64,000 nt of DNA from Chthoniobacterales bacterium (GCA_965217815.1 CBDCJI010000001.1:527088-591087), one strand, 5' to 3'. Positions 44,991-55,228 are shown, counted from the first letter of the stretch. The notes: generated by a model from the letters alone, not told the origin. Made by a program: numbers and translations.

Positions 44991-45185
44991 TCGTTCACAA
45001 CGACTTTTCCCTTTGTCGTTTTTGAGTTGGCGTGGAGTGGTGGGGAAGCTCGCGGGGCGGGGTGAATTAAGCGCGATTGAATCGAGTTTGCGCGCGGGTG
45101 GTGGTCAAAGGAAAACTTTTGGCCCGCAGCGTTTCTCTTCCAGGCGCGGCCGCAGGTTTGCGTTCCCGCAAGCGAACGTCGAACT

Positions 45186-45214
45186 TGTTAGGCAGGAATG
45201 AATTTGCCTAACGA
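45186..45214. repeat. Inverted pair of the dispersed word forming a hairpin (TTGTTAGGCA-loop-TGCCTAACGA)
   Basis: gttaggca (45187-45194) and tgcctaac (45205-45212) are complementary around a 10-nt loop. The loop contains the ATG at 45198 of the next ORF. Confidence 0.8.
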
Positions 45215-45560
45215 CGAGCCGCCGCCGCCCCAGAAGAAGCTGCGCTCCGCTTCTTTCGCGGTCCATGCGACCCGGGGCGTGCTCCGCGATCAGACGATGC
45301 GGCGGAAGGCGATGTTCGCGATCACCCTGGTCGCGGTGGTGCTGCTTTTTTGTGGGGCGACTTTTTTGGCGCCCGCGCTCGATCCGCACGCGCGGCCGGG
45401 GTGGTTTCTTTTTTACTGGGCGGTCTGTGCCTGGATCACGATGACGGCGGTGCTGCTGGCCATTTTCGATCTGCTGGTGGTGCGGGCGCAGGGCCGAGCG
45501 GCGCGGCGGACCCTGGCGCAAAAGTACGCGGAAGCGGCGGAAGGGAAGGATGCGGACTAA
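45198..45560 (+). CDS. Small two-TM membrane protein, hypothetical
   Basis: 120 aa with two hydrophobic helices. It overlaps the dgt start by 11 nt. Confidence 0.5.
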   Translation: MNLPNDEPPPPQKKLRSASFAVHATRGVLRDQTMRRKAMFAITLVAVVLLFCGATFLAPALDPHARPGWFLFYWAVCAWITMTAVLLAIFDLLVVRAQGRAARRTLAQKYAEAAEGKDAD

Positions 45561-46716
45561 CGATTTCGCGGAGGGGGCGGAGTTGCCGGCGGCGGGCTGG
45601 AAACGACGCGAAGAGATGGAGGCCGACGAACGCCGGACGCTGGCGCCTTTCGCGCAGAAGTCGGGCGATTCGCGGGGCCGGAAGTTTGCCGAGCCGCGGC
45701 ATGCCTACCGGACGGAGTTTCAGCGCGATCGGGCGCGGATCATTCATTCGCGGGCCTTTCGCCGGCTGGAATATAAGACGCAGGTTTTCCTGAATGGGAC
45801 GGCGGATCATTTGCGGACGCGGCTCACGCACACCTTCGAGGTGGCGTCAGTGAGCCGGACGATCGCGCGCGCGCTTGGGTTGAATGAGGATCTGACGGAG
45901 GCGATCGCGCTGGCGCATGATCTGGGGCATTCGCCGTTTGGGCATTCCGGGGAGGAGATGCTGGCGGAGTGCATGCGCGAGCAGGGCGGGTTTGAGCATA
46001 ATCGGCAGAGCTTGCGGGTGGTGGAGTTGCTGGAGGAGGTCTACCCGGCCTTCCCGGGGCTGAATCTGACCGGTGAGGTGCTGGAGGGTTTGCGGAAACA
46101 GGGCGCGCCTAACGACGAGGAGAGGCGCTGGCCGGCGCTGGAAGCGCAGGTCGCTGACCTCGCGGATGAGATCACTTATTACAGTCACGATCTCGATGAC
46201 GCGCTCGACTTTGCGATTCTCGATGCGGATCAACTGGACGAGAGCGCGATCTGGCGGCGGAGCCACGAGCGGGTGGCGGCGCGCCATCCGGAGTTGTTAG
46301 GCGCGGAGCTGCACAAGAACATCATTCGCGACATCATCGATCTGCAGGTGCGCGACGTGGTGGCGACGAGCGCGGCGAAGATTGCGGCGGCGGCGCCGGA
46401 AAATGCCGACGCGGTGCGGCGGCAGGCGGAAAAGCTGATCGGTTACAGCGACGAGTTGGGGACGGCGAATCGGGAGCTGCGGAAGTTTCTTTACGCGCAT
46501 GTTTATTATCATCCGCGGGTGGCGGAGGTGAATCGGCGGGCTTGCGAAATGTTGCGGGTGGTTTTCGAGGCTTATGTGCGCGGGCCGGAACGGCTGGGGG
46601 ATGCGGCGGCCCGCCGGATCGAGGCGGAAGGTTTGCACCGGACGGTGTGCGATTATCTCGCGGGCATGACGGATCGGTATTTGCTCGAGGAGCATTCCCG
46701 GCTCGTGGCGGGCTAA
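45550..46716 (+). CDS. dgt: dGTPase-like deoxyguanosinetriphosphate triphosphohydrolase (HD domain)
   Basis: FQRDRARIIHSRAFRRLEYKTQVF, RLTHTFEVASVSR and AHDLGHSPFGH. Confidence 0.9.
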   Translation: MRTNDFAEGAELPAAGWKRREEMEADERRTLAPFAQKSGDSRGRKFAEPRHAYRTEFQRDRARIIHSRAFRRLEYKTQVFLNGTADHLRTRLTHTFEVASVSRTIARALGLNEDLTEAIALAHDLGHSPFGHSGEEMLAECMREQGGFEHNRQSLRVVELLEEVYPAFPGLNLTGEVLEGLRKQGAPNDEERRWPALEAQVADLADEITYYSHDLDDALDFAILDADQLDESAIWRRSHERVAARHPELLGAELHKNIIRDIIDLQVRDVVATSAAKIAAAAPENADAVRRQAEKLIGYSDELGTANRELRKFLYAHVYYHPRVAEVNRRACEMLRVVFEAYVRGPERLGDAAARRIEAEGLHRTVCDYLAGMTDRYLLEEHSRLVAG

Positions 46717-46819
46717 ATTCCTGCTTGTGCTCCTAATCGCGCTCGCGCTCGATCCCGCCTAACGAAGAGACGGGGACGCCACGGAGGGCGTCCCTCCAGG
46801 CGATTAGAAATTACGGGGC

Positions 46820-47449
46820 TCAGGCGGCGGCGCTGCCGCCTTCCTCGCGCAGGTATTGGATGAGTAAGCGGAGGCGCTCGTTCAGATCGAGTTCTTCAAG
46901 CAGTTGCTGTTTCCGCGCGGCGTCGCTGATGAAGGTGCTGGCGATGAGGTCGGCGAGCATCTCCGGGTTGCTCATTTCGCTCAGGTATCGATCGATTTTC
47001 TCGGGGAGCTCGCGGCCCTGGCCTTTGAGTTGGGCGTAGAATTCCAGTACTTTGACGGCGAGGGCGTCGGTCTCGACGCTGAGCTGGGCGCGGGGCTCGA
47101 GGCGCTTGAGGCGTGCGATCGGGTAGGGGGTTTCCTGGTCGAACCCGCTGAATTTTACCCGCTCGATGCCCTGGAGGATGAGATCGGAGGTGCCGTCGGG
47201 TCTTTCGACACAGGCGCGGATGAGCCCAACGGTGCTGACCGGGAAAAAATCCGCGCTGGTGCGCCAATGCCCACGCTCCGGCCGGACGAGGGCGACGCAG
47301 AGCATGCGATCGGCTTGGAGGGCATGGGCGAGCATTTGGCGGAAGCGCGGCTCGAAGATGTGGAGGGGAAGAAGGGCATAGGGAAAGAGGAGGACGCCCG
47401 GGAGGGGCATGACGGGAACGGTGGCGGGAAGGGTGACGTGGTCGGACAT
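46820..47449 (-). CDS. LON substrate-binding (N-terminal) domain protein
   Basis: PVMPLPGVLLFPYALLPLHIFEPRFRQML is the typical Lon N-domain start; 209 aa. Confidence 0.85.
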   Translation of the reverse strand: MSDHVTLPATVPVMPLPGVLLFPYALLPLHIFEPRFRQMLAHALQADRMLCVALVRPERGHWRTSADFFPVSTVGLIRACVERPDGTSDLILQGIERVKFSGFDQETPYPIARLKRLEPRAQLSVETDALAVKVLEFYAQLKGQGRELPEKIDRYLSEMSNPEMLADLIASTFISDAARKQQLLEELDLNERLRLLIQYLREEGGSAAA

Positions 47450-47473
47450 GGCGGTCGGAGGCGGATCCTCTCT

Positions 47474-48220
47474 CTATATAGTATACGCGCGGTGGGCGCG
47501 CCGGAGTTGGCGCAGCGTGGGTTGGCCAAGGGCATTGGGCCGGCCGAGGGCGACGTAGCTGAGGGCCGGGGCGAACGGGAGAAGACGTCGGCGGGATTCG
47601 GCGCCGCGGGCGCCCATGCCCATGGCCGCGATGGGGAAGGTGTGCTGGTGCTCTGCGACGAAGGCGAGGAGCCGGCTGAGTTGCCGCGGGTCGTCGGTGC
47701 GGGTGGCGATTTTAAAAATATCGGCGCCGAGGGCGATGGCGCGAGCAAGGGCGCGGTGTAGGGCAGCGGGCGCTGGAGTATCGTGGAAGTCGTGCCAGGA
47801 AAGAATGAGGCCGATTTTCCGCTGACGGACAGCGGTGATGAGGGGCTGCATTTGCGCGGCGGAGCGTAGTTCGAGATCGAGCCAGGCGGCGGCGGGCAGG
47901 AAGCGCCGGAGGAGGTTGCGCCGGGCCGCGGCGGAGAGAGCGTGGCAACCGCCCTCGGCCGGATGCCGCGCCGTCAGAATGAGCGGGGCGGGCAAAGCGG
48001 GAAGGACCCGCTCGATTTCGTCGAGATCGTCGCGGAGGGCATCGAGGCGCAGCTCGAGGAGGTCGGGCGGCCGGCGGAGGCGCGAGGCGGTGAGGAGAGC
48101 GGCCCGATCGGCGATAACGCCAACAATCCGGCCGTGGACGTTGCCCGATCTTTGGGTGCCTCTATCTTGCGCAACGGCGCGAAAGTTGCGATGGGCAGAA
48201 GCGTTCGGTTGCGAATTCAT
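47474..48220 (-). CDS. aroD: 3-dehydroquinate dehydratase, type I
   Basis: DLLELRLDAL, LILSWHDFHDTP and DIFKIATR (catalytic His/Lys contexts). The start is placed at the ATG at 48220; the longer track ORF to 48367 is less likely. Confidence 0.8.
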   Translation of the reverse strand: MNSQPNASAHRNFRAVAQDRGTQRSGNVHGRIVGVIADRAALLTASRLRRPPDLLELRLDALRDDLDEIERVLPALPAPLILTARHPAEGGCHALSAAARRNLLRRFLPAAAWLDLELRSAAQMQPLITAVRQRKIGLILSWHDFHDTPAPAALHRALARAIALGADIFKIATRTDDPRQLSRLLAFVAEHQHTFPIAAMGMGARGAESRRRLLPFAPALSYVALGRPNALGQPTLRQLRRAHRAYTI

Positions 48221-48225
48221 TGACG

Positions 48226-49617
48226 ATGCTGGCTCGAAGACAGGAATTAAACACGCAGTTCCACCAATTGGTGGACTCGTTGCTGATGGCGTTGGCTCTC
48301 TTCGCGGCGCACGCCCTCCGTTTCTATAGCACGGAGTGGTTTCACCTTTCCTATTCGATCGACCCATTCCGGAACTATCAGTGGCTCCTCCTCGTGATCA
48401 TGCCCTTCGCTCCGATCTTTCTCGATCTGCAGGGCTTTTACCGCTCGCCGCTTACGAAGACGCCCTGGAAGTCGTTCGTCCAGATTCTGCGGACAATGAT
48501 TTACCTGGGCATCATGGTGAGCGCCTGCGTCATTTTTTTGCGTCTAGAGCTGACGAGCCGGGCGGTCCCGCTGCTCTTCATCGTGGTGGCAACCGTGATG
48601 CTGCTGGGGAAAGAGCAGTTTCTCTTGCGCCGGAGCCGGCGGCGGGCGGCGCGGGGCGAATTGCGCGAGCGGGTGCTGCTGGCCGGAGTGCCGGAGGATA
48701 TCGCGGCGCTGGAACGCTCGCTGAGCCCAGATGAGGCGATTCGGCTCGAGGTGGCAGGCCGGATCGATATCGAGAACCAGCCGATCTCCGATCTGGTCGA
48801 GGCGATGCATCGGCACGCGGTGGCGCGGGTGATTTTCGCCGCCAGCCACGGCCAGCTCAATCGGGTCGAGCAGGCCATCGGGGCGTGTGAAGTGGAAGGG
48901 GTGCCGGCCTGGTTGGTGGCAAATTTCATCCACACCTCGATCGCGAAACCGGATTTCGACGCCTTCGGAGGCCGGCCAATGCTGGTCTTCCGCTCGACCC
49001 CGGATGTGTCTTGGGCCTTGCTGGTCAAGCGGCTGGTCGACGCTTTCGGTTCGTTCGTCGGGCTGCTCATTTTCGCCCTGCCCATGCTGGTGGTGGCGAT
49101 CGGGATCAAGCTCACTTCTCCGGGTCCCGTTATTTTCCGGCAGTTGCGCGCGGGCAAATATGGGAAGCCGTTTGTCATGTACAAATTCCGCTCGATGTCG
49201 AGCGACGCGGAGATGCGGCGGGCGGAACTGCTGCCCTTCAACCAGATGCGGGGACCGGTCTTCAAAGTCGACGCCGATCCTCGGATCACCAGGCTGGGAC
49301 GCTGGCTGCGGCGCACGAGCATGGATGAAATCCCGCAGCTCGTGAACGTGCTCGCCGGAGACATGAGCCTGGTCGGGCCGCGCCCGTTGCCGATCTACGA
49401 AGTGGAAAATTTCGAACACACGGCGCAGCGGCGGCGGCTCAGCGTGAAGCCCGGCCTAACCTGTTTCTGGCAAATCAGCGGCCGCAATCAGGTCCAGGAT
49501 TTTTCCGATTGGGTGAAGCTCGATCTCGATTACATCGATCATTGGTCGTTAGGCTTGGATTTTAAAATCCTCCTGCGCACCATCCCCGCGGTCCTCTTTG
49601 GATTCGGCGCGAAGTAA
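48226..49617 (+). CDS. Polyprenyl-phosphate glycosyl-1-phosphate transferase (WbaP/EPS priming sugar transferase)
   Basis: N-terminal TM helices and a C-terminal bacterial sugar transferase domain (PGPVIFRQLRAGKYGKPFVMYKFRSM, DEIPQLVNVLAGDMSLVGPRP). The start is uncertain (48220, 48226 or later). Confidence 0.85.
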   Translation: MLARRQELNTQFHQLVDSLLMALALFAAHALRFYSTEWFHLSYSIDPFRNYQWLLLVIMPFAPIFLDLQGFYRSPLTKTPWKSFVQILRTMIYLGIMVSACVIFLRLELTSRAVPLLFIVVATVMLLGKEQFLLRRSRRRAARGELRERVLLAGVPEDIAALERSLSPDEAIRLEVAGRIDIENQPISDLVEAMHRHAVARVIFAASHGQLNRVEQAIGACEVEGVPAWLVANFIHTSIAKPDFDAFGGRPMLVFRSTPDVSWALLVKRLVDAFGSFVGLLIFALPMLVVAIGIKLTSPGPVIFRQLRAGKYGKPFVMYKFRSMSSDAEMRRAELLPFNQMRGPVFKVDADPRITRLGRWLRRTSMDEIPQLVNVLAGDMSLVGPRPLPIYEVENFEHTAQRRRLSVKPGLTCFWQISGRNQVQDFSDWVKLDLDYIDHWSLGLDFKILLRTIPAVLFGFGAK

Positions 49618-49622
49618 GAGGG

Positions 49623-50231
49623 CTATTCCGCGCGGGCCGGTGTCTCCCGCGGGAGCAGGCGCTCAACGTATTTGGCCAGGATGTCGAACTCGACATTGAG
49701 GAGATCGCCGGCCTGGAGGGTTTCGAAATTCGTTTTCCGGCGCGTCTGCGGGATGATCCAGAGGACGACGCTGGCGGGGAGCACTTCCGCGATCGTTAGG
49801 CTGACACCGTTCAGGGCGAGCGAACCTTTAAAGGCGGCGTAGTGGGCGAACGCTAGCGGCAATTCCACTTCGAGCCGGTGATCCGCTCCGCTCTGGGCAA
49901 AGCTGAGCACCCGAATCGCGCAGTCGATGTGCCCCTGAACGAAGTGGCCGCCGAGCCGGCCGCCGGCCGCGAGCGCGCGCTCCAGGTTGATCGGGCTGTC
50001 GCGGCGCAGGTTGCGCAGGTTGGTGCGCTCGAGTGTTTCCGCGAGCAGATCGAAAGTGATCTGGCCGTCACGAATGGCGCGCGCGGTCAGGCAACAGCCA
50101 TTCACGGCCACGCTGTCGCCCTTGCGCAAATCCTGCGCGATGAAAGGCGCGGCCAACTGCAATTGCGTGCCGCGCTCGGTCGCGCGAATCCAGCGCAGCG
50201 CGCCCACTTCTTCGACCAGGCCGGTGAACAT
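49623..50231 (-). CDS. ribE: Riboflavin synthase
   Basis: MFTGLVEEVG N-terminus and duplicated lumazine-binding repeats (GDSVAVNGCCLT / SLALNGVSLT). Confidence 0.92.
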   Translation of the reverse strand: MFTGLVEEVGALRWIRATERGTQLQLAAPFIAQDLRKGDSVAVNGCCLTARAIRDGQITFDLLAETLERTNLRNLRRDSPINLERALAAGGRLGGHFVQGHIDCAIRVLSFAQSGADHRLEVELPLAFAHYAAFKGSLALNGVSLTIAEVLPASVVLWIIPQTRRKTNFETLQAGDLLNVEFDILAKYVERLLPRETPARAE

Positions 50232-50244
50232 GAGTGCTCTTAGC

Positions 50245-51531
50245 CTAACGACGGAAAAAAATCCAGCCGACGAGGGCGAGCAGCGGAAGGAGGACAGGGA
50301 CGGCGAATTTCAAGACGTAGCCGAAAAAGCCCGGCGTGTTCAGCTTGGAGTGGTCGGCGATCGCTTTCACCATCAGGTTCGGGCCGTTGCCAATGTAGGT
50401 GAGCGCGCCGAAAAAGGTCGCGCCTAACGAGATCGCGATAAGGTAATGGGTGTGGAGGCGGGCGAACTGCTCGACCTCGGCCGGCTGCATGAGGCTTAAC
50501 TTTTCGAGGCCGAGCGCCCCGGCCAGGAAGGTCAGGTAGGTCGGCGCATTATCGAGCACACCGGAAAGAATCCCGGTGAACCAGAAAAATTGCAGGTCGG
50601 AATGCAGGCCCAGATCGGCCGCGTGCGACTCCATGTAATCGAGCACCGGCGCCATCGTCCCGAAGATGCCGAAGAAGAGCCAACCGAGTTCCTTGATCGG
50701 GGCAAAGGTAAAATCGTTGCCCTGGTAGATCGGCCCCGGCGTCCAGAGATACGCCACCGTCGCCGCGGCGATCATGACCAGCTCGCGCCAGCCCGAGGGG
50801 ATCACAATGAGCGCGAAAAGGATCACCAGCATCAGCCAGATATTGCGCAGCCCGTCGAAGCACCACTCTTCCGAGGCGGTTGCGGCATGGCGGACGTCCT
50901 TCGGCGCCCGCCGGTAATTGTGGCGATCGACCAGGTAAAAAATGGCCAGAAGCATCGCAAAGGTGATGAGCCAGGGCAGCCAGCAGGTCTGCAAGCCCCA
51001 CCAGAAGGGAACTCCGCGCAGGTAGCCGAGGAAAAGGGGGGGGCCGGTCGGAAGAAGCGCCCCGCCGACGTTGCTCACGAGAAAAATAAAGAAGGCGATG
51101 TGCAGGCCGGTAAAGCGGTAGCGGTTCATCCGGATCCAGGGCCGGATGAGGAGCATGGAAGCGCCCGTCGTCCCGATGAAATTAGCGAGCAAGCCGCCGA
51201 GGAAGAGGAAGAGCGTGTTCACCGACGGCTTCGCCTCCCCCTTGACCACGATGTGAATGCCGCCGGTCACGACGAAGAGAGAGCCGACCACCGCCATGAA
51301 GCTGAAATATTCAAAGCCGACATGGAGCATGCGAGCGCCGCTCTGGAGCACGAAGATGTAGTAGAAAGCGGTGACGGCGGCGAGGCCAGCGCAGATTTTA
51401 TGATAATGGCGCTCCCAATGATGCTTCAGAATGAGGGGCGCAATCGCGATGCAAAGGAGGAGAGCTGCGAAAGGCAGCATGATCAACGGGGTCGGTTCCC
51501 GCAGCGGAGCGATGACAGCAAGAGAGAGCAT
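50245..51531 (-). CDS. ArsB/NhaD-superfamily ion transporter (annotated in relatives as sodium:proton antiporter)
   Basis: 428 aa, about 11 TM helices, family-like segments (GTTGASMLLIRPW, GVLDNAPTYLTF). Confidence 0.75.
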   Translation of the reverse strand: MLSLAVIAPLREPTPLIMLPFAALLLCIAIAPLILKHHWERHYHKICAGLAAVTAFYYIFVLQSGARMLHVGFEYFSFMAVVGSLFVVTGGIHIVVKGEAKPSVNTLFLFLGGLLANFIGTTGASMLLIRPWIRMNRYRFTGLHIAFFIFLVSNVGGALLPTGPPLFLGYLRGVPFWWGLQTCWLPWLITFAMLLAIFYLVDRHNYRRAPKDVRHAATASEEWCFDGLRNIWLMLVILFALIVIPSGWRELVMIAAATVAYLWTPGPIYQGNDFTFAPIKELGWLFFGIFGTMAPVLDYMESHAADLGLHSDLQFFWFTGILSGVLDNAPTYLTFLAGALGLEKLSLMQPAEVEQFARLHTHYLIAISLGATFFGALTYIGNGPNLMVKAIADHSKLNTPGFFGYVLKFAVPVLLPLLALVGWIFFRR

Positions 51532-51688
51532 GGGCGGCGAGGTCCGACGGGAAAACCAAACGCCGATTGAGTCAAGCTGAATCCGCCGCCCGCGTCCGGG
51601 AGCACGGAAACCAGCTCGTCGGCGGGATCGTTAGGCGAGAAAATGGCCGAGGGGGAAGGCCGCTCGGCGGCGACGCGAAACATCTTCG

Positions 51689-51721
51689 CCTAACGATGAA
51701 GCGACGCTTTTCGCCTAACGA
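51689..51721 (+). repeat. Two direct copies of TTCGCCTAACGAT 25 nt apart in an intergenic region (a third, inverted copy is at 51628-51635)
   Basis: cttcgcctaacgatgaagcgacgcttttcgcctaacgataag. Confidence 0.85.
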
Positions 51722-51900
51722 TAAGAAGGAGGCCCGCCGAGTTGAAGGCAGCCAATCTTCAACCGGTTGAGGAAACCGGGAGCGCCACTAACGACACGGG
51801 AGCGGCGGCGGCCGTTCAAAAATAATTCAAAAAAAATGAAAAAAACGCTTGTCAGGATCGCAATTCTTCTTTAATCGTCCGGCCAAACCTAACCAAACCA

Positions 51901-54900
51901 ATGGAGAAACAAATGATTAGAACTGTATTCACGAAGTTGGGATTCGTTCGCTCGGCGCTGGTGGCCGGGGTCGGAATCCCATTCCTCATCGCGAGCGCTT
52001 ATGCTCAAACTGCCTCCCCCACGCCGCCGATTACCAGCCAAGCCTCCGACGTGCCGGTGCAGGCCAGCGGCAATCAAGCGAGCGGGGCTGACCAGGCCGC
52101 CGCATCCACCGAACGAATTATCGTTACCGGTTCTTACATTCCAACCGCGGAAACCGAGTCGGCTTTGCCGGTTACGGTTTACACCGCCGAGACTCTGATC
52201 AAGCAAGGTGCCCAGACCCCCGTGGAAGGTCTGCGCCAGTTGCCTTCCTTTGTCGGCAACACGATCACCGAGAATGATTCCAATGCTGGCGACGGAGCCG
52301 CCTCGGTCAATTTGCGTGGTCTCGGAGCAGAGAACACCCTCACCCTCGTCAACGGTCGCCGCGCCTTTCTCGGCGACGGGACGGAGGGGGCAGCAAACAT
52401 CAACTTGCTCGGCCTCGGTGAGCTTTCCCGCACAGAGGTTCTGAAAGATGGTGCCTCTTCCATTTACGGCTCCGACGCCGTCGCAGGCGTGGTGAACTTT
52501 CTTCTCCTCGATGCCCCCGGCCAGGAGCCATACCAGGGCGCTGAGCTCTTTCTCCTCTACGGGAATACCACTGAGAAAGACGCGCACGTGCGGCAGGTTT
52601 ACCTGAAGGGCGGCGTCGTCGGTCTCGACGGTAAGCTCGCCATCGCGGCGGCTGCCGAGTACTATTCTCGCGCCACGCTTCGGTCTTCCGACCGCTTGAT
52701 CGCCCAGACGGGCGATCTTTCTAACGACGCCCTTGGTTTGGGCTTGGGCGGCCAAAACACCAACAGCCCGACTTTCGGCGGTCATATCGCGGTGGCTCCT
52801 GGCACCCCGGGATTGCCGGCCGGATTTAACGGCCAGCTGGTGTTGACCGATCTGACGAATGCGACTCCGACCGGCTTCGGCGATTATCGCCAGTTCGATG
52901 CCATTCCCGGAACGGATCCGTCTCGCTTTAACTTTCGCTCGGTCACCCCGGCGATCCCCGGGCAGGAAAGATTCAGTTACTATGTCGCGGGAAGTTACAA
53001 GATCTTCGGCGATGGTCTCCAAGCCTACGGCGATGTTCTTTATACCCACGACACCCAGGATAACGGCTTGGCCGGTGCTCCTTTCCTTATCGCCAACTTC
53101 ACCGGCAGTGTCGCTTTCCCGCAGGGTGATCTGGGCATCTTTCAGAATTCGCCCTTCAACCCCTTCGGCGCTAATCTGACCCAGCTCCGGTATCGCCTCC
53201 AGAATGAGCTGGGCAACCGTCGCTCCTTCTTCGACCGGGATCTTTACCGTTACGAGGCGGGTGTCCGTGGTGATTTTAATTTCCAGGATAACCCTTTCAT
53301 CAGCCACTTCGGCTATGACTCCGGTTTCGTTTACAGCCGATACGATCTCACCCGGACCGACAGCGGCGATGCGACGGAAAGCGGCATTGATCTCGCCACC
53401 CAAGGCCTCGACACCACCGGTAATGGCGTGGCGAACCTCTATTTTGATCCGTTCATCGGCATCAATGCGCCTCAGAGCGGCTTGGCTCCCACCTTTGTGA
53501 ATGGCGTGCCCACGGGTAACTTCCTGCCCTACAACAACACGGCAGCGGCGCAAACTGCGGCCTTCATTGCCACGACGCACTTCTACGAGCGCGACTATCT
53601 GGCCGACGTAAAGCTTAATGCGCACCTCTTCCCGAATCTCTACAACGGCGGTATCGATATCGCCGGCGGTTATGAGCATCGCGAGATCCGGACGCAAACG
53701 CTGGCCGATCCGACGCAGGCCGCAAACGACCAGCTCGGTTTCAACGGCGGAGCCGATGCCAAGTTCACTCAATCAGTCGATTCGGTCTTTGGCGAGTTGA
53801 GTATCCCGTTCGTGACCTCGACTTTGAACATTCCGGGGGTCCGTTCCTTCGAGATTTCTCTGGCTTATCGTTACGAGAAATTCGACGACACGAACAACTT
53901 CAACAACACCGCGATCAACAGCGCATCGTTTGATAACGCGAACCCCAATGAAGATTTCGGAGGAAGTCCCCGGCTCACCATCCGCTATCAGCCGATTGCT
54001 GACGTGACCCTGCGCGCGACCGCTTCCCAGTCGTTCCTGGCGCCTACTCCTAATCAATTATTTGCGCCGGTCGTCCAGGACTTCACGGTCCTTTTTGATC
54101 CTGCCATTGGAACGACCCTGCAGCCGCCTCTCGGAGAGTTTGAAGGCTCGAATGCAGGCCTGAGCCCGGAAAAAACGGACAGCTACACGGCGGGCATCGT
54201 TTACTCGCCCAGCTTTGTCCGGGGACTCACCCTTACCGCCGATTACTATCAGTTGTTTACCACTGATCTTGTCATCGGCGCGGCCGCCTTCGCTCAGGTT
54301 CTTCTCACCAATGGCGTGGTCGACCCGGACGGTCCGGGCGCAGGCAGTACTGCCTTCATTGGTGTCAATGGTGGCCCCGGGCTCGGCGTCACCCGTGACG
54401 CTCAAGGCAACGTCCTCGCGGTCGACTCCGCTGCCGGCAACGCCGGCCGGCGTAACGTCCAGGGGTTGGATCTGACCGCGATCTACCAAATCCCGACGCA
54501 GAATCTGGGCACCTTCACGGTCTCCGGGGGCTTGAACCACTTCTTCACTTACAAAGTGGAAGCGACTCCAGGTGCTGGCTTCAGCAACTTCCTCGGCGAC
54601 TTCAGCGCTTCCTTGCCGCTTGCGCCGGGTGCGATCCCGTTCAACAAGGCCTTCCTGCGCACGGAATGGGAATGGAAGGGCTTCGATTTCCTCGTGACGG
54701 AAAACTACATCGGTGACTACGAGGATGATCCTAACTTCATCCTTGAAAGGGGCGGAGTATTCCAGGATTTCGTCCCCGGGAATCCTGGCACCGGCGCCAA
54801 TCCTAACTTCATCCTGCATCGCCGTGTCTCATCGTACTTCACGACAGACGCGCAGTTGAGCTACACCTTCCCCAAGCCGCCTCCTGTGGAAGCGGCTCCC

Positions 54901-55149
54901 GAGGCTGGCTACTCCAAAGATGCCAAGGATGGCAAGGGCATGGTGCAGCAGACAGCGGTAAGCACCGCCGCGCCGTCGGCCAATATCTTCCAGCGGATTC
55001 TCTGGGATACGACACTGACGGTGGGTGTGAACAACGCCTTCGATCGGCAACCGCCGACGACCCTTGGTGCGTTCAACGACAACTACGACACCTCACTCTA
55101 CAACATTCGTAACCGCTACTACTACCTCAGCCTCACGAAGAAATTCTAA
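51901..55149 (+). CDS. TonB-dependent outer-membrane receptor
   Basis: Signal peptide, a TonB-box/plug region (ERIIVTGSYIPT...RGLGAENTLTLVNGRR...VLKDGASSIYGSDAVAGVVNF), and a C-terminal beta-signal YYYLSLTKKF. Confidence 0.9.
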   Translation: MEKQMIRTVFTKLGFVRSALVAGVGIPFLIASAYAQTASPTPPITSQASDVPVQASGNQASGADQAAASTERIIVTGSYIPTAETESALPVTVYTAETLIKQGAQTPVEGLRQLPSFVGNTITENDSNAGDGAASVNLRGLGAENTLTLVNGRRAFLGDGTEGAANINLLGLGELSRTEVLKDGASSIYGSDAVAGVVNFLLLDAPGQEPYQGAELFLLYGNTTEKDAHVRQVYLKGGVVGLDGKLAIAAAAEYYSRATLRSSDRLIAQTGDLSNDALGLGLGGQNTNSPTFGGHIAVAPGTPGLPAGFNGQLVLTDLTNATPTGFGDYRQFDAIPGTDPSRFNFRSVTPAIPGQERFSYYVAGSYKIFGDGLQAYGDVLYTHDTQDNGLAGAPFLIANFTGSVAFPQGDLGIFQNSPFNPFGANLTQLRYRLQNELGNRRSFFDRDLYRYEAGVRGDFNFQDNPFISHFGYDSGFVYSRYDLTRTDSGDATESGIDLATQGLDTTGNGVANLYFDPFIGINAPQSGLAPTFVNGVPTGNFLPYNNTAAAQTAAFIATTHFYERDYLADVKLNAHLFPNLYNGGIDIAGGYEHREIRTQTLADPTQAANDQLGFNGGADAKFTQSVDSVFGELSIPFVTSTLNIPGVRSFEISLAYRYEKFDDTNNFNNTAINSASFDNANPNEDFGGSPRLTIRYQPIADVTLRATASQSFLAPTPNQLFAPVVQDFTVLFDPAIGTTLQPPLGEFEGSNAGLSPEKTDSYTAGIVYSPSFVRGLTLTADYYQLFTTDLVIGAAAFAQVLLTNGVVDPDGPGAGSTAFIGVNGGPGLGVTRDAQGNVLAVDSAAGNAGRRNVQGLDLTAIYQIPTQNLGTFTVSGGLNHFFTYKVEATPGAGFSNFLGDFSASLPLAPGAIPFNKAFLRTEWEWKGFDFLVTENYIGDYEDDPNFILERGGVFQDFVPGNPGTGANPNFILHRRVSSYFTTDAQLSYTFPKPPPVEAAPEAGYSKDAKDGKGMVQQTAVSTAAPSANIFQRILWDTTLTVGVNNAFDRQPPTTLGAFNDNYDTSLYNIRNRYYYLSLTKKF

Positions 55150-55187
55150 GCAGACTGAGATAGAGTAGAAATTCTAGTTCCTTGCGA

Positions 55188-55228
55188 CAGGCGGGTGGCG
55201 AAATGCCACCCGCCTGATTCGTTTTCTG
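55188..55228 (+). terminator. Rho-independent terminator of the TonB-dependent receptor gene
   Basis: Perfect 12-bp stem CAGGCGGGTGGC / GCCACCCGCCTG with a 5-nt loop, followed by ATTCGTTTTCT. Confidence 0.7.

Noticed and set aside
48218-48228. Apparent head-to-head overlap of the aroD and sugar-transferase start codons
   Set aside because: This is probably a start-codon assignment problem, since later in-frame starts exist for the transferase, rather than a biological feature. There is not enough evidence to report it as a shared regulatory element.
51722-51900. Possible cobalamin riboswitch upstream of the TonB-dependent receptor
   Set aside because: Only loose resemblances are present (GAGGAAACCGGG, GCGCCACTAACG...GGGAGCGG). 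I found no convincing B12 box (AGACCTGCC-like) and could not build the conserved helices by eye. A covariance-model scan would be needed.
51889-53772. 627-aa ORF on the - strand
   Set aside because: It is antisense to the TonB-dependent receptor, whose plug and C-terminal Phe signature identify the true frame.
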